Assembly: GCA_963734955.1 (NCBI GenBank)
Contig: CAVTJO010000007.1
Coordinates: 333,567 to 397,566, forward strand
Direction of reading: 5' to 3'
Length of the DNA stretch: 64,000 bases
Source: an uncultured Bacteroidota bacterium
Lineage (GTDB): Bacteria > Bacteroidota > Ignavibacteria > UBA10030 > UBA6906
In this document: positions 39,542 through 50,091 of the stretch, in pieces
Numbering within the stretch: position 1 is the first letter of the stretch
Layout: every line of letters begins with the position of its first letter
Notes under the pieces: model-generated
Told to the model about the DNA's origin: nothing
Seen by the model: only the letters and a program-made list of their open reading frames with translations
Database searches by the model: none
Position numbers and translations under genes: made by a program

Positions 39542-39548
39542 GGGATTC

Positions 39549-40436
39549 TTAAAACCTCCCACCAAGGTAGATCAAGCCTACGCATGTGAGGACCCATAGT
39601 AAGGTGACCATGATAATCGGAATATCCGATGTTACCGCCTTTGTGGGATTTTCTGTTGAATCTGTCATGTGTATAAGGAACAAATAGCGAAAAATTCCGT
39701 ACGTGACGAACACCGTTGTGTATATCATCTTCTCGGTTCCGAATACTTCGATGGTTCGCGGAGCGACTGTATAGAGCGCATAGGATATGACAGTCCCGGC
39801 CGCCGCAATGGTCAGCATTTGGTCGACGAAACTGACACTATAGCTGATCAAAACCTTTCGTTCGGCCCTGGAACTCATCTGATGAACGAGCAAGAGTTCG
39901 CCTCTCCTCTTTGCAAAGCCAAGAAACAGTGAAAGAAAGAGGGTGCAGAGGACGATCCAACTTGAGACTTGTACGTTGATGGCAAACGCGCCCCCCAAAA
40001 CTCTCAACATGAATCCTGCCGCTATAATGAACACGTCCAACAATACTATTTCCTTTAGCTTCATGGAGTACAACAGGTTCATAATAAAATATGCTGCGAG
40101 CACCAGTTGGAACCGTTGGCTGCTTTGTAGCGCAATGACTATTGATGCCATGAGTAGTATTCCCAAGAGGACATGCGCTTGTGTTCGATTGATCGTCCCG
40201 GCTGCCAACGGTCGATTCCGCTTCAGGGGATGGGCACGGTCTGATTCAACGTCGGCCGTATCGTTGATAATGTAGATACTGCTTGCTGTGAGGCAAAATG
40301 CAATCGATGCCTTCAGTGTCATGAGGAGCGGGCCTGCATCAAACAGTTCTCTTGAGAATACAAGCGGAGCAAAGACGAACGCATTCTTGATCCACTCTTT
40401 GGGGCGCATGAGATACAACACGTTCAGAAGAACCAT
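39549..40436 (-). CDS. UbiA-family polyprenyl-phosphate phosphoribosyltransferase (DPPR synthase-like)
   Basis: MRPKEWIKN.FVFAP, YIIND..D...DR.HP.KR.RPLAAG, LFLGFAKRRGEL, FVTYGIFRYL. Confidence 0.88.
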   Translation of the reverse strand: MVLLNVLYLMRPKEWIKNAFVFAPLVFSRELFDAGPLLMTLKASIAFCLTASSIYIINDTADVESDRAHPLKRNRPLAAGTINRTQAHVLLGILLMASIVIALQSSQRFQLVLAAYFIMNLLYSMKLKEIVLLDVFIIAAGFMLRVLGGAFAINVQVSSWIVLCTLFLSLFLGFAKRRGELLLVHQMSSRAERKVLISYSVSFVDQMLTIAAAGTVISYALYTVAPRTIEVFGTEKMIYTTVFVTYGIFRYLFLIHMTDSTENPTKAVTSDIPIIMVTLLWVLTCVGLIYLGGRF

Positions 40437-40475
40437 AATGCGGAGTTCCTTTTTCGTCCTAGGTTGCAGCGCTGT

Positions 40476-41591
40476 TCATTTAAGGTATTGCCCCATTTTT
40501 GAAGCGACAAGTTCTGGGGAAATCGTGTTCATGCAAGTCACGACCTTATCGCATCGGGAGAGATAGCACGCCAGGCATTCGATATCGCTGTGGACAACTT
40601 CACCGTTTCCAAACACATCAAGTTCCCAGGGCGACGTGGGCCCCACGAGCACAACGGTTGTCTTGCCCAAGGCGACTCCTATGTGCATTGCCAGGCTATC
40701 GGACGTCAGCAGGACATCAACGGTGTTAATAAGCGAGGAAAACTCCATGAGCGAGTTGTCGCAACCAGTGTCTATCACCATATCGCCAACAGCCGATAGG
40801 ATTCGTTTGTTTAGCTCCACCTCCTCGGGGCCGCCGAAGAGAAGCAATTGAGTTTCCGGAAATTGCCCTTTGAGCAAGTGTATGAATCCCACATACCCTT
40901 CAAATGTCCATTTCTTGTGCTGCCATCTTCCGCCGCCGCCTGTGTTAATGCCGACGATCCGTGATGAGGCTCTGAGTTTATTTTGTTCCAAGAAGAGGGT
41001 ACCGACTTGTCTTGTTTCTTCATTGATGTCCAATTGGGGTGGATGTGTGGGGAGAGGCAAATCGCAAATCTCGTACATGATCTGTTGATAGGTCTTCCGG
41101 TTTTTCTTCTTCATCTCGTCATTCACACCCATGTGCCACCACTCAAGCGCATTATCATTGACTGGCCGGATCTTCCCAGATTTATTCGTCACAAACCCGT
41201 ATCTTGCTGTACAATCTGCCAGAGAATGTATCGTGGCGCTGTGTGAGTCTGCGTCGAGGCATATTCCCACATCGAATTTCTCGTTATTCAGATATTCGAG
41301 ATAGTTCTTCTCGACAATCAGCGTTCTGTCAACAAATTGATTTGCATTGAGAAGGGGTGCGGCATTCGATTTGGTCACCCACGTAATCTCGCTCCCCGCG
41401 TACTTCTGTTTCAGAGCAGGCAAAATGGATGTCGTCCGGAGGACATCTCCAACGGCTGCGAGCTTAACTATCAGAATTCGATTCATGATAGGTTCGTAGT
41501 CCGAGCATGTATCACAGAGCCGCCCGTCTCTCTTGTGGAACGTGCATGGCATAGAACCCTTGTAGTATCTGCAATCACTATTCACTACCAT
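40476..41591 (-). CDS. GT9 (heptosyltransferase-like) glycosyltransferase with Cys-rich N-terminus
   Basis: IVKLAAVGDVLRTT, KKWT, DSLAMHIGVALG...GPT; N-terminal DCRYYKGSMPC...CDTC. Confidence 0.88.
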   Translation of the reverse strand: MVVNSDCRYYKGSMPCTFHKRDGRLCDTCSDYEPIMNRILIVKLAAVGDVLRTTSILPALKQKYAGSEITWVTKSNAAPLLNANQFVDRTLIVEKNYLEYLNNEKFDVGICLDADSHSATIHSLADCTARYGFVTNKSGKIRPVNDNALEWWHMGVNDEMKKKNRKTYQQIMYEICDLPLPTHPPQLDINEETRQVGTLFLEQNKLRASSRIVGINTGGGGRWQHKKWTFEGYVGFIHLLKGQFPETQLLLFGGPEEVELNKRILSAVGDMVIDTGCDNSLMEFSSLINTVDVLLTSDSLAMHIGVALGKTTVVLVGPTSPWELDVFGNGEVVHSDIECLACYLSRCDKVVTCMNTISPELVASKMGQYLK

Positions 41592-41633
41592 TGCAGTAGC
41601 CTTCCCCCGCTGTGCGCACTATAGAAACAGAGT

Positions 41634-42948
41634 TCATCTTGGATCATAACTGCCCTCCTCCTGAGGTTCTTTACTGACACTCACAGTCGAACCAGGACGA
41701 CCATTCTTGATGGCAGACCGGTATACAACATCGAGTTGGCGACCTTTCTCCTCCCAATTGTATTCTCGAAGCACAGTCTCGTAAGCATTTCTTCCCAGGT
41801 GAGTCCTGAAGTCGGAATCGCGAAAGAGGTTGATGACTGATTTTGCGAATTGCTCCGGTGTGTCTGCAATAAGTACTGATTCCCCATGTTTGAGATTGAT
41901 CCCCTCACATCCGACAGAGGTGCTAACAATTGCTTTCTTCATCGCCATCGCCTCAAGGGCCTTTCCCCGGATGCCCCCCGATTAGCAACGGTATGATAAA
42001 AACTTCACAGCGTGCAATGTATGGGCGGACGTCGTCAACGAATCCCGTTATCACAACATTGTCAGAGGCTCGAATCTTCAGAGCCCCAGGGGGATTCTTC
42101 CCGACTATGTACAGTCGTGCCATCGGGACCTCTCTGAGAACATGTGGAAAGGTCGCGTCAAGAAACTGAAGGATCCCATGAATATTCGGGAAATAACTCA
42201 TCATTCCGGTGAAGGCCATTGCCCCCGGCTCGGGTTCAACATCCATCGGCTCCAGGAAGCTCCGATCGACTCCATTCTGTATGACCTTGATTTCCTGATT
42301 AGGCAGGAAAGATCGAAACACGTCCAGATCCCTTACGGTTGTTGCAATAATCTCGTCGAACTTCATACAATAACGAATCTCAAGCGGCTTACCCAGCCTA
42401 TAGTCAAGATAATAGAAGATCTTGCTTAACATACTGTTTGATTGGAGAAACGATCTGTACGCCAGATCGAATTCGACGTTGTGTGTATCTGCTACAAGTG
42501 GAATCCCTGTCGGGAATCTATAAGAGCCGAGGATTGGTGTTGAACAAAAAATCAGGTCAAACTCGTTCTTGTTGAGAAGGTTGTCCAGTTCCTGCTGCAT
42601 TCTTCTACTGTGAAGTGCATGGAACGAGGCCTTGCCTCTCAGCCAGGCAAGGCTGCGCCTGAGCAGATTCACAAATCTTGGTCGAACATTGTTCACAAAG
42701 ATGATCCGACTACACGCGCCGTCAAACTCTTTCTTGAAGTTTTGCTCCTCTTCAGAAGAACCAAACGATAGCACTGACACGTCATGACGCTTGAGAGTTT
42801 CAACCAGTAATGGATGCATCCGTTTTGCAGGTCCCAAGTCCCTTGGAGGAGAATTCGGACAAAAGTGGAACATCATCAATATTTTCAATTGGAAAGACTC
42901 CAGATTGGAAACCACGAATTCACCTCGTACGCACGACCTGGTCTGCAT
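41634..42948 (-). CDS. GT4 family glycosyltransferase; frameshift in a G6 run (~41975)
   Basis: DTHNVE, FTGMMSYFPN, ITGFVDDVRPY; continues in the next frame as IRGKALEAMAMKKAIVSTSVGCEG. The start codon is uncertain. Confidence 0.85.
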
Positions 42949-43155
42949 ACAAGAGGCTGATCAAGATAAACTAAGATATCGTCTTTCTCAAGTTCCGCAA
43001 TTGCTGTTGCACTCAAATGAGATATGGGGCAAGGAAGTGCTTGATATTGATCCCTTTGTCCTCTCGAAAACTCATCTGAGCACAAGTTTTTAGCAGCCTC
43101 GGTGAGTAAGTGGGTACTCGTAAAAGAGATTTGGTGAGCGGATACCGTTGGAATC

Positions 43156-43171
43156 AGCAAGGCTATTGCCT
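43156..43171 (-). promoter_or_regulatory. Candidate sigma54 (-24/-12) promoter for the leftward GT operon
   Basis: The minus strand reads AGGCAATAGCCTTGCT: GG, exactly 10 nt, then GC, with GGCA and TTGCT boxes, in a divergent intergenic region. Confidence 0.35.
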
Positions 43172-43282
43172 TTCCTTCAATGAAGGTGATCTCTCCACAT
43201 AGGTGTTCACGGGCGGGCTTGAATTGGGGGAGAGAATGTTTATATTTAGGTTGACCTATTTTTTGGCACTTCATATTGGCTG

Positions 43283-44095
43283 ATGGCACCCACTGAATCG
43301 TTAAGCGGGGGTAGTGCAACACGACCCCGACAAATTCGACCTCATACAGTACTTCCTCGGATCAGCATCCTCGGGGTTTATGTCCACGCTGTTACGATGG
43401 GGGAGGCCTTGCGCGTCGTTGAAGCCATGACAGTAAGTGACGAGCCTCACCAGGTTGTGACTGTCAACCCGGAGTTCATAATGACGGCGCAGCGGTATCA
43501 CGAATTCAAGGAGGTCCTGAATAACGCAGCGCTTTCCTTCGCCGATGGGATTGGAGTTGTCTGGGCATCGCGCCTTCTTGGCTGTCCAATCCGGGAGAGG
43601 GTTCCTGGAGTGGAAATGTTCGAACATCTTGTTGCTATGGCGGCAGAGCGTGGGTTGCGGGTATTTTTGCTCGGAGCGGCAACAGGAATCGCCGAACAGG
43701 CTTCTCGCGTATTGCAACAAAGATACCCTGGCCTTTTTGTCTCGGGGACATTTGCCGGCTCGCCAAAGCCCGAAGACGATTCCGCCATTTGCGAGATGAT
43801 TGAAAGGGCCAAGCCGGACTTCCTTTTTGTAGCCTATGGAGCCCCCTATCAGGATTTGTGGATTGCTCGCAATCAACCTCGGTTGCACATGCGAGTCGCT
43901 ATGGGTGTCGGGGGTACATTTGATTTTATAGTCGGGAAAGCACGCCGAGCCCCAAAGGTCTTGAGGGTCATAGGTCTTGAATGGCTGTACAGACTCATGC
44001 GTGAACCCTGGCGGTGGAAACGCCAACTTGCCCTCCCAAGATTTGCTGTTTCGGTTTTGTTGCAACGGCTGCGATTAGGCCCATTTGTGCACTGA
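43283..44095 (+). CDS. WecB/TagA/CpsF family glycosyltransferase (GT26)
   Basis: VVTVNPEF, ADGIGVVWAS, ERVPGVE, VAYGAPYQD.WI, GVGGTFD, GLEWLYRL..EPWRWKR. The start codon is uncertain. Confidence 0.93.
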   Translation: MAPTESLSGGSATRPRQIRPHTVLPRISILGVYVHAVTMGEALRVVEAMTVSDEPHQVVTVNPEFIMTAQRYHEFKEVLNNAALSFADGIGVVWASRLLGCPIRERVPGVEMFEHLVAMAAERGLRVFLLGAATGIAEQASRVLQQRYPGLFVSGTFAGSPKPEDDSAICEMIERAKPDFLFVAYGAPYQDLWIARNQPRLHMRVAMGVGGTFDFIVGKARRAPKVLRVIGLEWLYRLMREPWRWKRQLALPRFAVSVLLQRLRLGPFVH

Positions 44096-44191
44096 GGCGT
44101 TGCGGAGGGATGTGGGGCTCGTGCTTCTGCATTGACCTACCACCGCTATTCTTGAGTTTCTTGCAGGGGACACTAAAGGAGCTTTCCTCTT

Positions 44192-45700
44192 TCATTTAGC
44201 TGGCCGGGATTCCATATCTGAGCGTTGAATTGCCGGGAAAAGGCCAAGAAGAACACCAAGATATGCGGTACATCTAAATCGAGTTAATCCCATGTCTACG
44301 TATGAAATAATAATCTGATCGAGTACTACAATGATGCAACTTGCACAAACTGCCATTAAATATGGATCCCGAAGTTTGGAGAAGATCGATGCCCCATAAA
44401 AAAGGGCGGTGTTCAATAGGAAGAGAAACAGGAAAAAACCAACCGGGCCCGACTTAATGAGCAGCCAAAGGATCTGATTGTGAGTGATGTAACCTCTAAG
44501 GACAAAGTTGCCCCAGTTCTCAATGGCAAAATCATGCTTCTTGCCGAACCCAAGCCCAAAGGGCAGCCTCCGAAAGGTCACGGCGAGATTATAGTTTTCC
44601 TGGTCGCGCGCCAAACCAGATGTATAATCCTCACGTCGAATCTTGCTTGGGTCCTTTACTATCGCTGATTTTACCGCTTGCGCGAACTCCGAAGAGGGAG
44701 AGTTCCAAAAGATCCCAAGGTACGCTGCAAAAAGGAAGGAAGCGGGAATCATAACTTTGAGCGCCTTTCTTCGGATTTCAGGCGTCAGCAGAATTACAAA
44801 CGCCAATCCACAAATCAAGAGAGCTATGTATGCAGCCCGACGGTTAGCTGCGTAGAATCCCATGATGAACGTTGGAAGGAGGATCCACATGGCACCCCTC
44901 TGACTTGAGCGACTCCCAAAGATGACCATCCCAACAAGCAGAACGAAGAGTGGGACCATTAAGATCGGATCCTCATTGGACGCCAAAGCACGAAACCCTC
45001 CCATGGAAAACCCATTCTCAATGAAACGGATTGCAGCTTGTAGTGCCTTGAATGCAAGCGATCCGATGCAGATCCACATAACCATCCCAATCTGCTTCTT
45101 CGTTGTGATGATTTGAGGAACGAGGAAGCACATGATCAGAAAATAGAGCATTGCGCGGATATCCCATACGGCTTTCAATGGCTCTCCCCCTGATGTAATA
45201 CCGACGGCAGTCATCACAAGCAACCAAAGGAAGAAAAGGGCGCTAGGAATTTGCAGCGGGGTATGCTGATAGTGAAGGTCTCTCTTTGAAGCGAGTAGTA
45301 GTATCCAAACTAGAATGAGAAATATCATATGAATTTCCATGGGGGTAAATCCACCAACAGCAAGCGAAGGGAAGGCCACGTTGAGGGTCGCCATATACAT
45401 TGCTTTGGAGGTCCATGCATCAAACCCAAAAACAGGCACATTGTCGAAAACGAGGAATAATGCCAGGAAGATGAAAAGGCCCCAGTCAAGTCTGTAGAAA
45501 CTAACCAAGACGACAGCAAGAACCGCAATGAAGCCAGCGCCGAGCATGGCATTGCCATCGGTAACTATCATGATCAGTGAAACAAGAACTGATCCCACGA
45601 GCATCACGGCAATCCCCAACCTGTTCTCGTTTTTCAGCGTAGACCAAACACTGGAAGTGTTAATGATGGCGGGAGATTTGTAAGGAGTGTATGCAGACAT
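44192..45700 (-). CDS. O-antigen ligase/Wzy polymerase family membrane protein
   Basis: About 12 TM segments; RRAAY, ENYN and GLGFG...THNQILWLLIKSG (HN motif of the Wzy_C family). Confidence 0.8.
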   Translation of the reverse strand: MSAYTPYKSPAIINTSSVWSTLKNENRLGIAVMLVGSVLVSLIMIVTDGNAMLGAGFIAVLAVVLVSFYRLDWGLFIFLALFLVFDNVPVFGFDAWTSKAMYMATLNVAFPSLAVGGFTPMEIHMIFLILVWILLLASKRDLHYQHTPLQIPSALFFLWLLVMTAVGITSGGEPLKAVWDIRAMLYFLIMCFLVPQIITTKKQIGMVMWICIGSLAFKALQAAIRFIENGFSMGGFRALASNEDPILMVPLFVLLVGMVIFGSRSSQRGAMWILLPTFIMGFYAANRRAAYIALLICGLAFVILLTPEIRRKALKVMIPASFLFAAYLGIFWNSPSSEFAQAVKSAIVKDPSKIRREDYTSGLARDQENYNLAVTFRRLPFGLGFGKKHDFAIENWGNFVLRGYITHNQILWLLIKSGPVGFFLFLFLLNTALFYGASIFSKLRDPYLMAVCASCIIVVLDQIIISYVDMGLTRFRCTAYLGVLLGLFPAIQRSDMESRPAK

Positions 45701-45716
45701 CAGGATCTATTCAACC

Positions 45717-45884
45717 TTAACGCAAAGGAGGCATGTCCATTGTGAACATGTGATATACCACTATTCCAACCTGAATCACAGTAAGCAAAATGATGACGAG
45801 GTATTGTCTGAAGCCGAGGTGAGAGCTGCGTCTGCCAAAACTAATCGCCGCCATCATACAAACTAATATAGCTGTCAGCGTCAT
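45717..45884 (-). CDS. Small 55-aa two-TM membrane protein (below the ORF-track cutoff)
   Basis: MTLTAILVCMMAAISFGRRSSHLGFRQYLVIILLTVIQVGIVVYHMFTMDMPPLR fills the gap between the kinase and wzy, 12 bp after the kinase stop. Confidence 0.5.
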   Translation of the reverse strand: MTLTAILVCMMAAISFGRRSSHLGFRQYLVIILLTVIQVGIVVYHMFTMDMPPLR

Positions 45885-45896
45885 GTGGGCATTGCT

Positions 45897-46706
45897 TTAC
45901 GCTTCTCGGTTGTCCGAGGCATGGTTCATGACAAAGCCGAGAATCTGGTTTTTGTTCAGCCTCCCGAATGTTCTTTCGATATCTGCGTGTTTGGTTCGGT
46001 CAGCGTCAACGACGACAACGAGCCCATCCATCTGATGGGTCAATTGGATTGGTATGCGCGGTTCCTGGATCGAGGGCATATCAATGATGACAAACTCAAA
46101 TGTTTGCTTCAGCGAATAGAGCACGTCACGAAAGGCGGAAAGCTGTTCAAGTCCAAAGTTGCTCCTCCGAGAATGCCCCTGAAGTGTGCTATTTGCGGAG
46201 AGTATACGCTCAGCAACTTGGGGGCTACCTGTTGGGTTTCCTGCCGGTAGGACGTAGAGGTGCTTGACTCTTGTTGGGATAACCCGAATGGTGTTGTCTC
46301 CCAACGCCTCGACAAGTCCGGGACTTAGCTTCGCGCCAAAAATGGAATGGAGGCGTGGGTTCCGAATGTGCAAGTCCACGATGGCAGTTTCGCGCTGTTG
46401 GGATAACGCCAATGAGACCGCAAGATTCGCTGCAACAAGAGTCTTTCCTTCCCCCTGGTTTGAGCTCGTGATTCCAACGGTCAGATTAAATCTATTCCGG
46501 TCTTTTGAGAGCAATGAGAAATTGAAGCAGTTATAGAACTGAGGAGCGATCACTCGCTCGTCGATTGCTTTTCCCACTTCAGAGCTAAAGGTTATCGGCT
46601 TTAGTAGACGTAAGAGAGGCTGCGCCCCAACCTGCTCAGGAGTCTCGAATGGGTCTCCCGGTTGGCCGTCGTGCTCCTCTGGTTCATCCGTTTCAGACAT
46701 TAGCAT
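45897..46706 (-). CDS. CpsD/CapB-type BY-kinase domain (stand-alone Wzc C-terminal part)
   Basis: ITSSNQGEGKT Walker A, IVDL...P, VIIDMP, DGLVVVV...T, ILGFVMN. Confidence 0.85.
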   Translation of the reverse strand: MLMSETDEPEEHDGQPGDPFETPEQVGAQPLLRLLKPITFSSEVGKAIDERVIAPQFYNCFNFSLLSKDRNRFNLTVGITSSNQGEGKTLVAANLAVSLALSQQRETAIVDLHIRNPRLHSIFGAKLSPGLVEALGDNTIRVIPTRVKHLYVLPAGNPTGSPQVAERILSANSTLQGHSRRSNFGLEQLSAFRDVLYSLKQTFEFVIIDMPSIQEPRIPIQLTHQMDGLVVVVDADRTKHADIERTFGRLNKNQILGFVMNHASDNREA

Positions 46707-46737
46707 TTGACCCTTGAATAGGGTCTGTTATATGGGG

Positions 46738-48099
46738 TCATCTGTGCTCTTTGCTGCCATCCGGCAAGAGTGCTATGATCGGTTTCTCGTACACTTCAAT
46801 GTCTCTTGCTGTCCGTATTGTTGTATCAAAAAGTTCGGCAATCAAAACACTAACAATGCCGAGACAGAAACCCAGACCAATGCCGACGACTACCAGCATT
46901 CTCCTGTTTGGTTTTGTAGGTTTCGATGGGTAGACTGCCGGATCAAGGATGATGTACTGGCTCGCCGCCTTGCTTTCCACTTCAGCCTTGAGACGGGCCT
47001 GTTCAAGTTTACCCTTCATGTCGTTGTATAATTTTTGACTGATCTCATAGCTTGACTGCCTGTCTTGGTTGATTCGGGAAGTCAAGGAGGACTTCTTGAC
47101 TTCTTCGAAAAGAACTCCCCGGCGTGTTTCAAGATCTGACCTTTGAGCTTGAAGTTCAGCGATCATCGCCTCCGTCCCGCGCTGGATCCGATCGACGAGA
47201 GAGGCGAGTTGACTTTCAAGCTTCTCGATTTCCGGCCACTTGCCGGTATACCGTTGCGTCAATTCATCATATCGGGTGACGAGCGTTCGGAATTCAGAGA
47301 CATACGGAAGATCCTCTCGCTGCAGTTCGAGTAGAGTTTGCTTGCCTGCCTCATTGCGAACAGCATCGGGGTCAGTCCTAAGCAAGCCAGCGACGGTCTG
47401 CAGCCTCAGGAGGTTCTTTCTGTATGATCGGATACGTTCGTCCACAGAGTTGACCTTTCCTTCAAGGTCAGAAATTTGTGAATAGAGGGATCTGGTTTCC
47501 ACAGGAAGTTCATCCGCCCCCTCTTGCATTGACGATACCAGTGCTCTTGTACTATTCTCAAATTCCGCGTGAAGCTGATCAACTTTCTTCTCCAGGAATT
47601 CAATGGTGAGAAGATTCTCTCTATTCCCCATCCGCACCTGGGTCTGGATGAACAAGCCTGCAACGACCTCGGCTCCACGTTTGGCCAATTCTGGTTTTGG
47701 GCTGGCGAATGTAATGCTGAACGCATCCGCCCGGCGATCCGTTGCGATCATCCCCTTCACATCATTCAGCAATGATTGCCGCTCAAACTCGGTCTGAATG
47801 TTGCGACCGATACCCAGGCTATCAATGACCGACTGTACAAATCCATTGCTGTAAATGATCTCGCCATAGCTTCTCAATTGATCTTCATATGCACTTGCGT
47901 CATATCCTCTGACCATGCTCAGCGTCTCATCCGGGCGAGTGAGCATCGTAGTTGTCGCTTCATATTTTCTCGGTAGGAGAAAGGCTGCCACCGTGCAAGC
48001 GATGGAGACAACAATGGTTGGAATTACGACAAGTCCCCATCGGCGACGGTAAATGTTCAATACCTGGTGCAGCCGAATTTGCGCTGAACGCATATTCAA
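46738..48099 (-). CDS. Polysaccharide co-polymerase (GumC/Wzc N-terminal, Wzz-like)
   Basis: N-terminal TM, LPRKYEA, long coiled coil, ILDPAVYP..P.KPNR, C-terminal TM, DTTIR. Confidence 0.88.
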   Translation of the reverse strand: MNMRSAQIRLHQVLNIYRRRWGLVVIPTIVVSIACTVAAFLLPRKYEATTTMLTRPDETLSMVRGYDASAYEDQLRSYGEIIYSNGFVQSVIDSLGIGRNIQTEFERQSLLNDVKGMIATDRRADAFSITFASPKPELAKRGAEVVAGLFIQTQVRMGNRENLLTIEFLEKKVDQLHAEFENSTRALVSSMQEGADELPVETRSLYSQISDLEGKVNSVDERIRSYRKNLLRLQTVAGLLRTDPDAVRNEAGKQTLLELQREDLPYVSEFRTLVTRYDELTQRYTGKWPEIEKLESQLASLVDRIQRGTEAMIAELQAQRSDLETRRGVLFEEVKKSSLTSRINQDRQSSYEISQKLYNDMKGKLEQARLKAEVESKAASQYIILDPAVYPSKPTKPNRRMLVVVGIGLGFCLGIVSVLIAELFDTTIRTARDIEVYEKPIIALLPDGSKEHR

Positions 48100-48369
48100 G
48101 GCCTTTCAATAATCGATTTACCAGTCTGAGGTGTGGAACTGTCAGCGCGCCTTGGAGGGTTGCATGCGAACTCCCCCTACACCTGTCCTCGCTGCCAAGT
48201 CTATAGTTTTTGGAGGGTCGAAGCTGTGTCCCCCAACACTGAGCAATGTCTTGGATTCTCACCAAACCGCCTCGGACAGTTACTATAGTAATCGAAAGGG
48301 AACTTTTTTGCAATTCTTTCTACATAATTTCTTATATTTTGAACAATATCAGACTTCAAATGGTGTAGG

Positions 48370-49084
48370 ATGACACACAGACAATTGACTCCGCAGTTTG
48401 CGCTTGTAGTCGTGATGGCCCTGATCGCCATGTGCTGCTCCACGCCTGATATGACCAGAGAAGGACAGCAGCGAGTTGCGCCTTCTGACCAGATGTCAAC
48501 ATCTGCCCGGTTGGATAGTGGAATAGTTGCGATTGGGGACTCCATCTCAATGTCTGTATGGGATGCTCCACAGTTTAACACTCACACCGCGGTCAGACTA
48601 AGTGGCACCATCAGCATACCGCTAATAGGGGAAATCAGAGTTCTCGGCTATTCCAAAGAGGAGCTGATCCGAATACTCCGCCGAAAACTGTCCGAGTACA
48701 TTAAGGGTGATGCATTGCTTTCGGTTGAGGTCACAAAACCTCCCCCAAAGATATCGGTCTTTGGCCAGGTGGCGAGACAAGGAAGTTACCCCGTAGACAA
48801 CGATCTCTTGTTGGTTGATGCTCTCATCCTTGCTGGCGGATGGGGCGAGACCGCTGACCTCAGATACGTTAGGATAACCCATCAATCTGCATTTGGTGTC
48901 GAGAGAGGATCAGTCGAGTTTGACCTTACGCCGTTCTTGGAAACTGGCGAGATACGACGGCATGCCGTACGTGCATGCGGGAGATATTGTGATTGTTCCC
49001 AAGAAGGAGAACTACATTTTGGAATTTAGCGGGTTTGTCAGCAGCATTTTGGTTTTGTTTGGGGTCTTCAGCCTTCTTAGATGA
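48370..49084 (+). CDS. wza: Polysaccharide export lipoprotein (OPX/Wza, Poly_export + SLBB); frameshift ~48955
   Basis: Lipobox-like IAMC, GDSISMSVW, G.ISIPLIG.I.V.G, VFGQVARQG.Y, DAL.LAGG; C-terminus GDIVIVP plus a hydrophobic helix in the next frame. Confidence 0.82.
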
Positions 49085-50091
49085 ATGTATCCAGTGAACA
49101 AGATGCTCACTCGTTTCATCGTTTCCAGCACAAACCATCCTCATCGCTACAACATTGTTGTGCCTGGTAGCTTAGTAGCCAGAGCACTTTTCTCAAATCT
49201 CAAGCGAAAACGTCGAGCGACATTTCATTATCGAACGCGCGGGCTGCGGCATTGGCTGATGCAATTGTTGCGGATCCAACAGAATATTAGCAATATGTAC
49301 TGGAATCCTTCTTCGCTTTCGTTCTTGCACGAGCGGTTCGGTTGTCTTGAATTACTCCTTGGAGAGGATTCGTGGGACGGGACAATATCATGAACGAGAA
49401 TGTCGCCGTTTCTCTTGCTTCAATGAGGAAAGAGTTTGCAGTAGGGATCGGGGCAACATATAGCCACGTTGGGACATATTGAAAGCGGAAGTCCTCTTGC
49501 AGGATACGACTTCAATCAGGGAAGCGTTGATCTTGCGCTGCCAACGACGCTTTCGCGTTTCTTCAGCATTGGGATTCTTTCCACCGTTCGCAACGGGCGA
49601 TCTGGATCTCAGAGACGTTACTGCAGTTTCATCTGCAATCGGAATGATGTACTTTCCATCTCCGGAGATCATTTACGGGTTGATCGTATCAAGGAATTGG
49701 AGACGGCATTGAGTATTCATTTGACCCATACAGATCTCAGACGGATCTCACTAAAGGCAAACTCACGCAGAGTCTTCAGCTTGGTGTCACGGCAAGATTC
49801 AATGCGTTGGAGGACAATCCGACCGTTGTTCTAATGGGAGCTCAGCCAGAAGATGTTTGGCACATCAGGGGCTCATATACAAAGTTGGGGTCGGAGGTGT
49901 GGCCCGTCAACTTCTTGGCTCTCAGAATGGGATATTGGGTAGGCACTGAGACAGTCGCCGCACGGTATGGAGGTGGGGTTCGAGTTGGCCAATGGCAGGT
50001 CGACTATGGTGTTTCTACAACGGAGTTGGAGCCGATGTTTCACCAGATATCCCTTACATATTGTTTCAGCAGTCACCTTGATCGCCGTTGA
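49085..50091 (+). pseudogene. PorV/PorQ-family outer-membrane beta-barrel, broken by several frameshifts (error or decay)
   Basis: Joining frames gives SNARAAALADAIVADPT..SNMYWNPSSLSFL; the C-terminus G.E.WP..FLALRMGY..G....GGG.RVG.WQVDY..S..EL..FHQISL.Y is typical of the family. Confidence 0.6.

Noticed and set aside
41974-41979. Phase-variable poly-G tract in the GT4 gene
   Set aside because: The run is only 6 nt, and similar indels occur in unrelated genes across both genome segments, so sequencing error is more likely.
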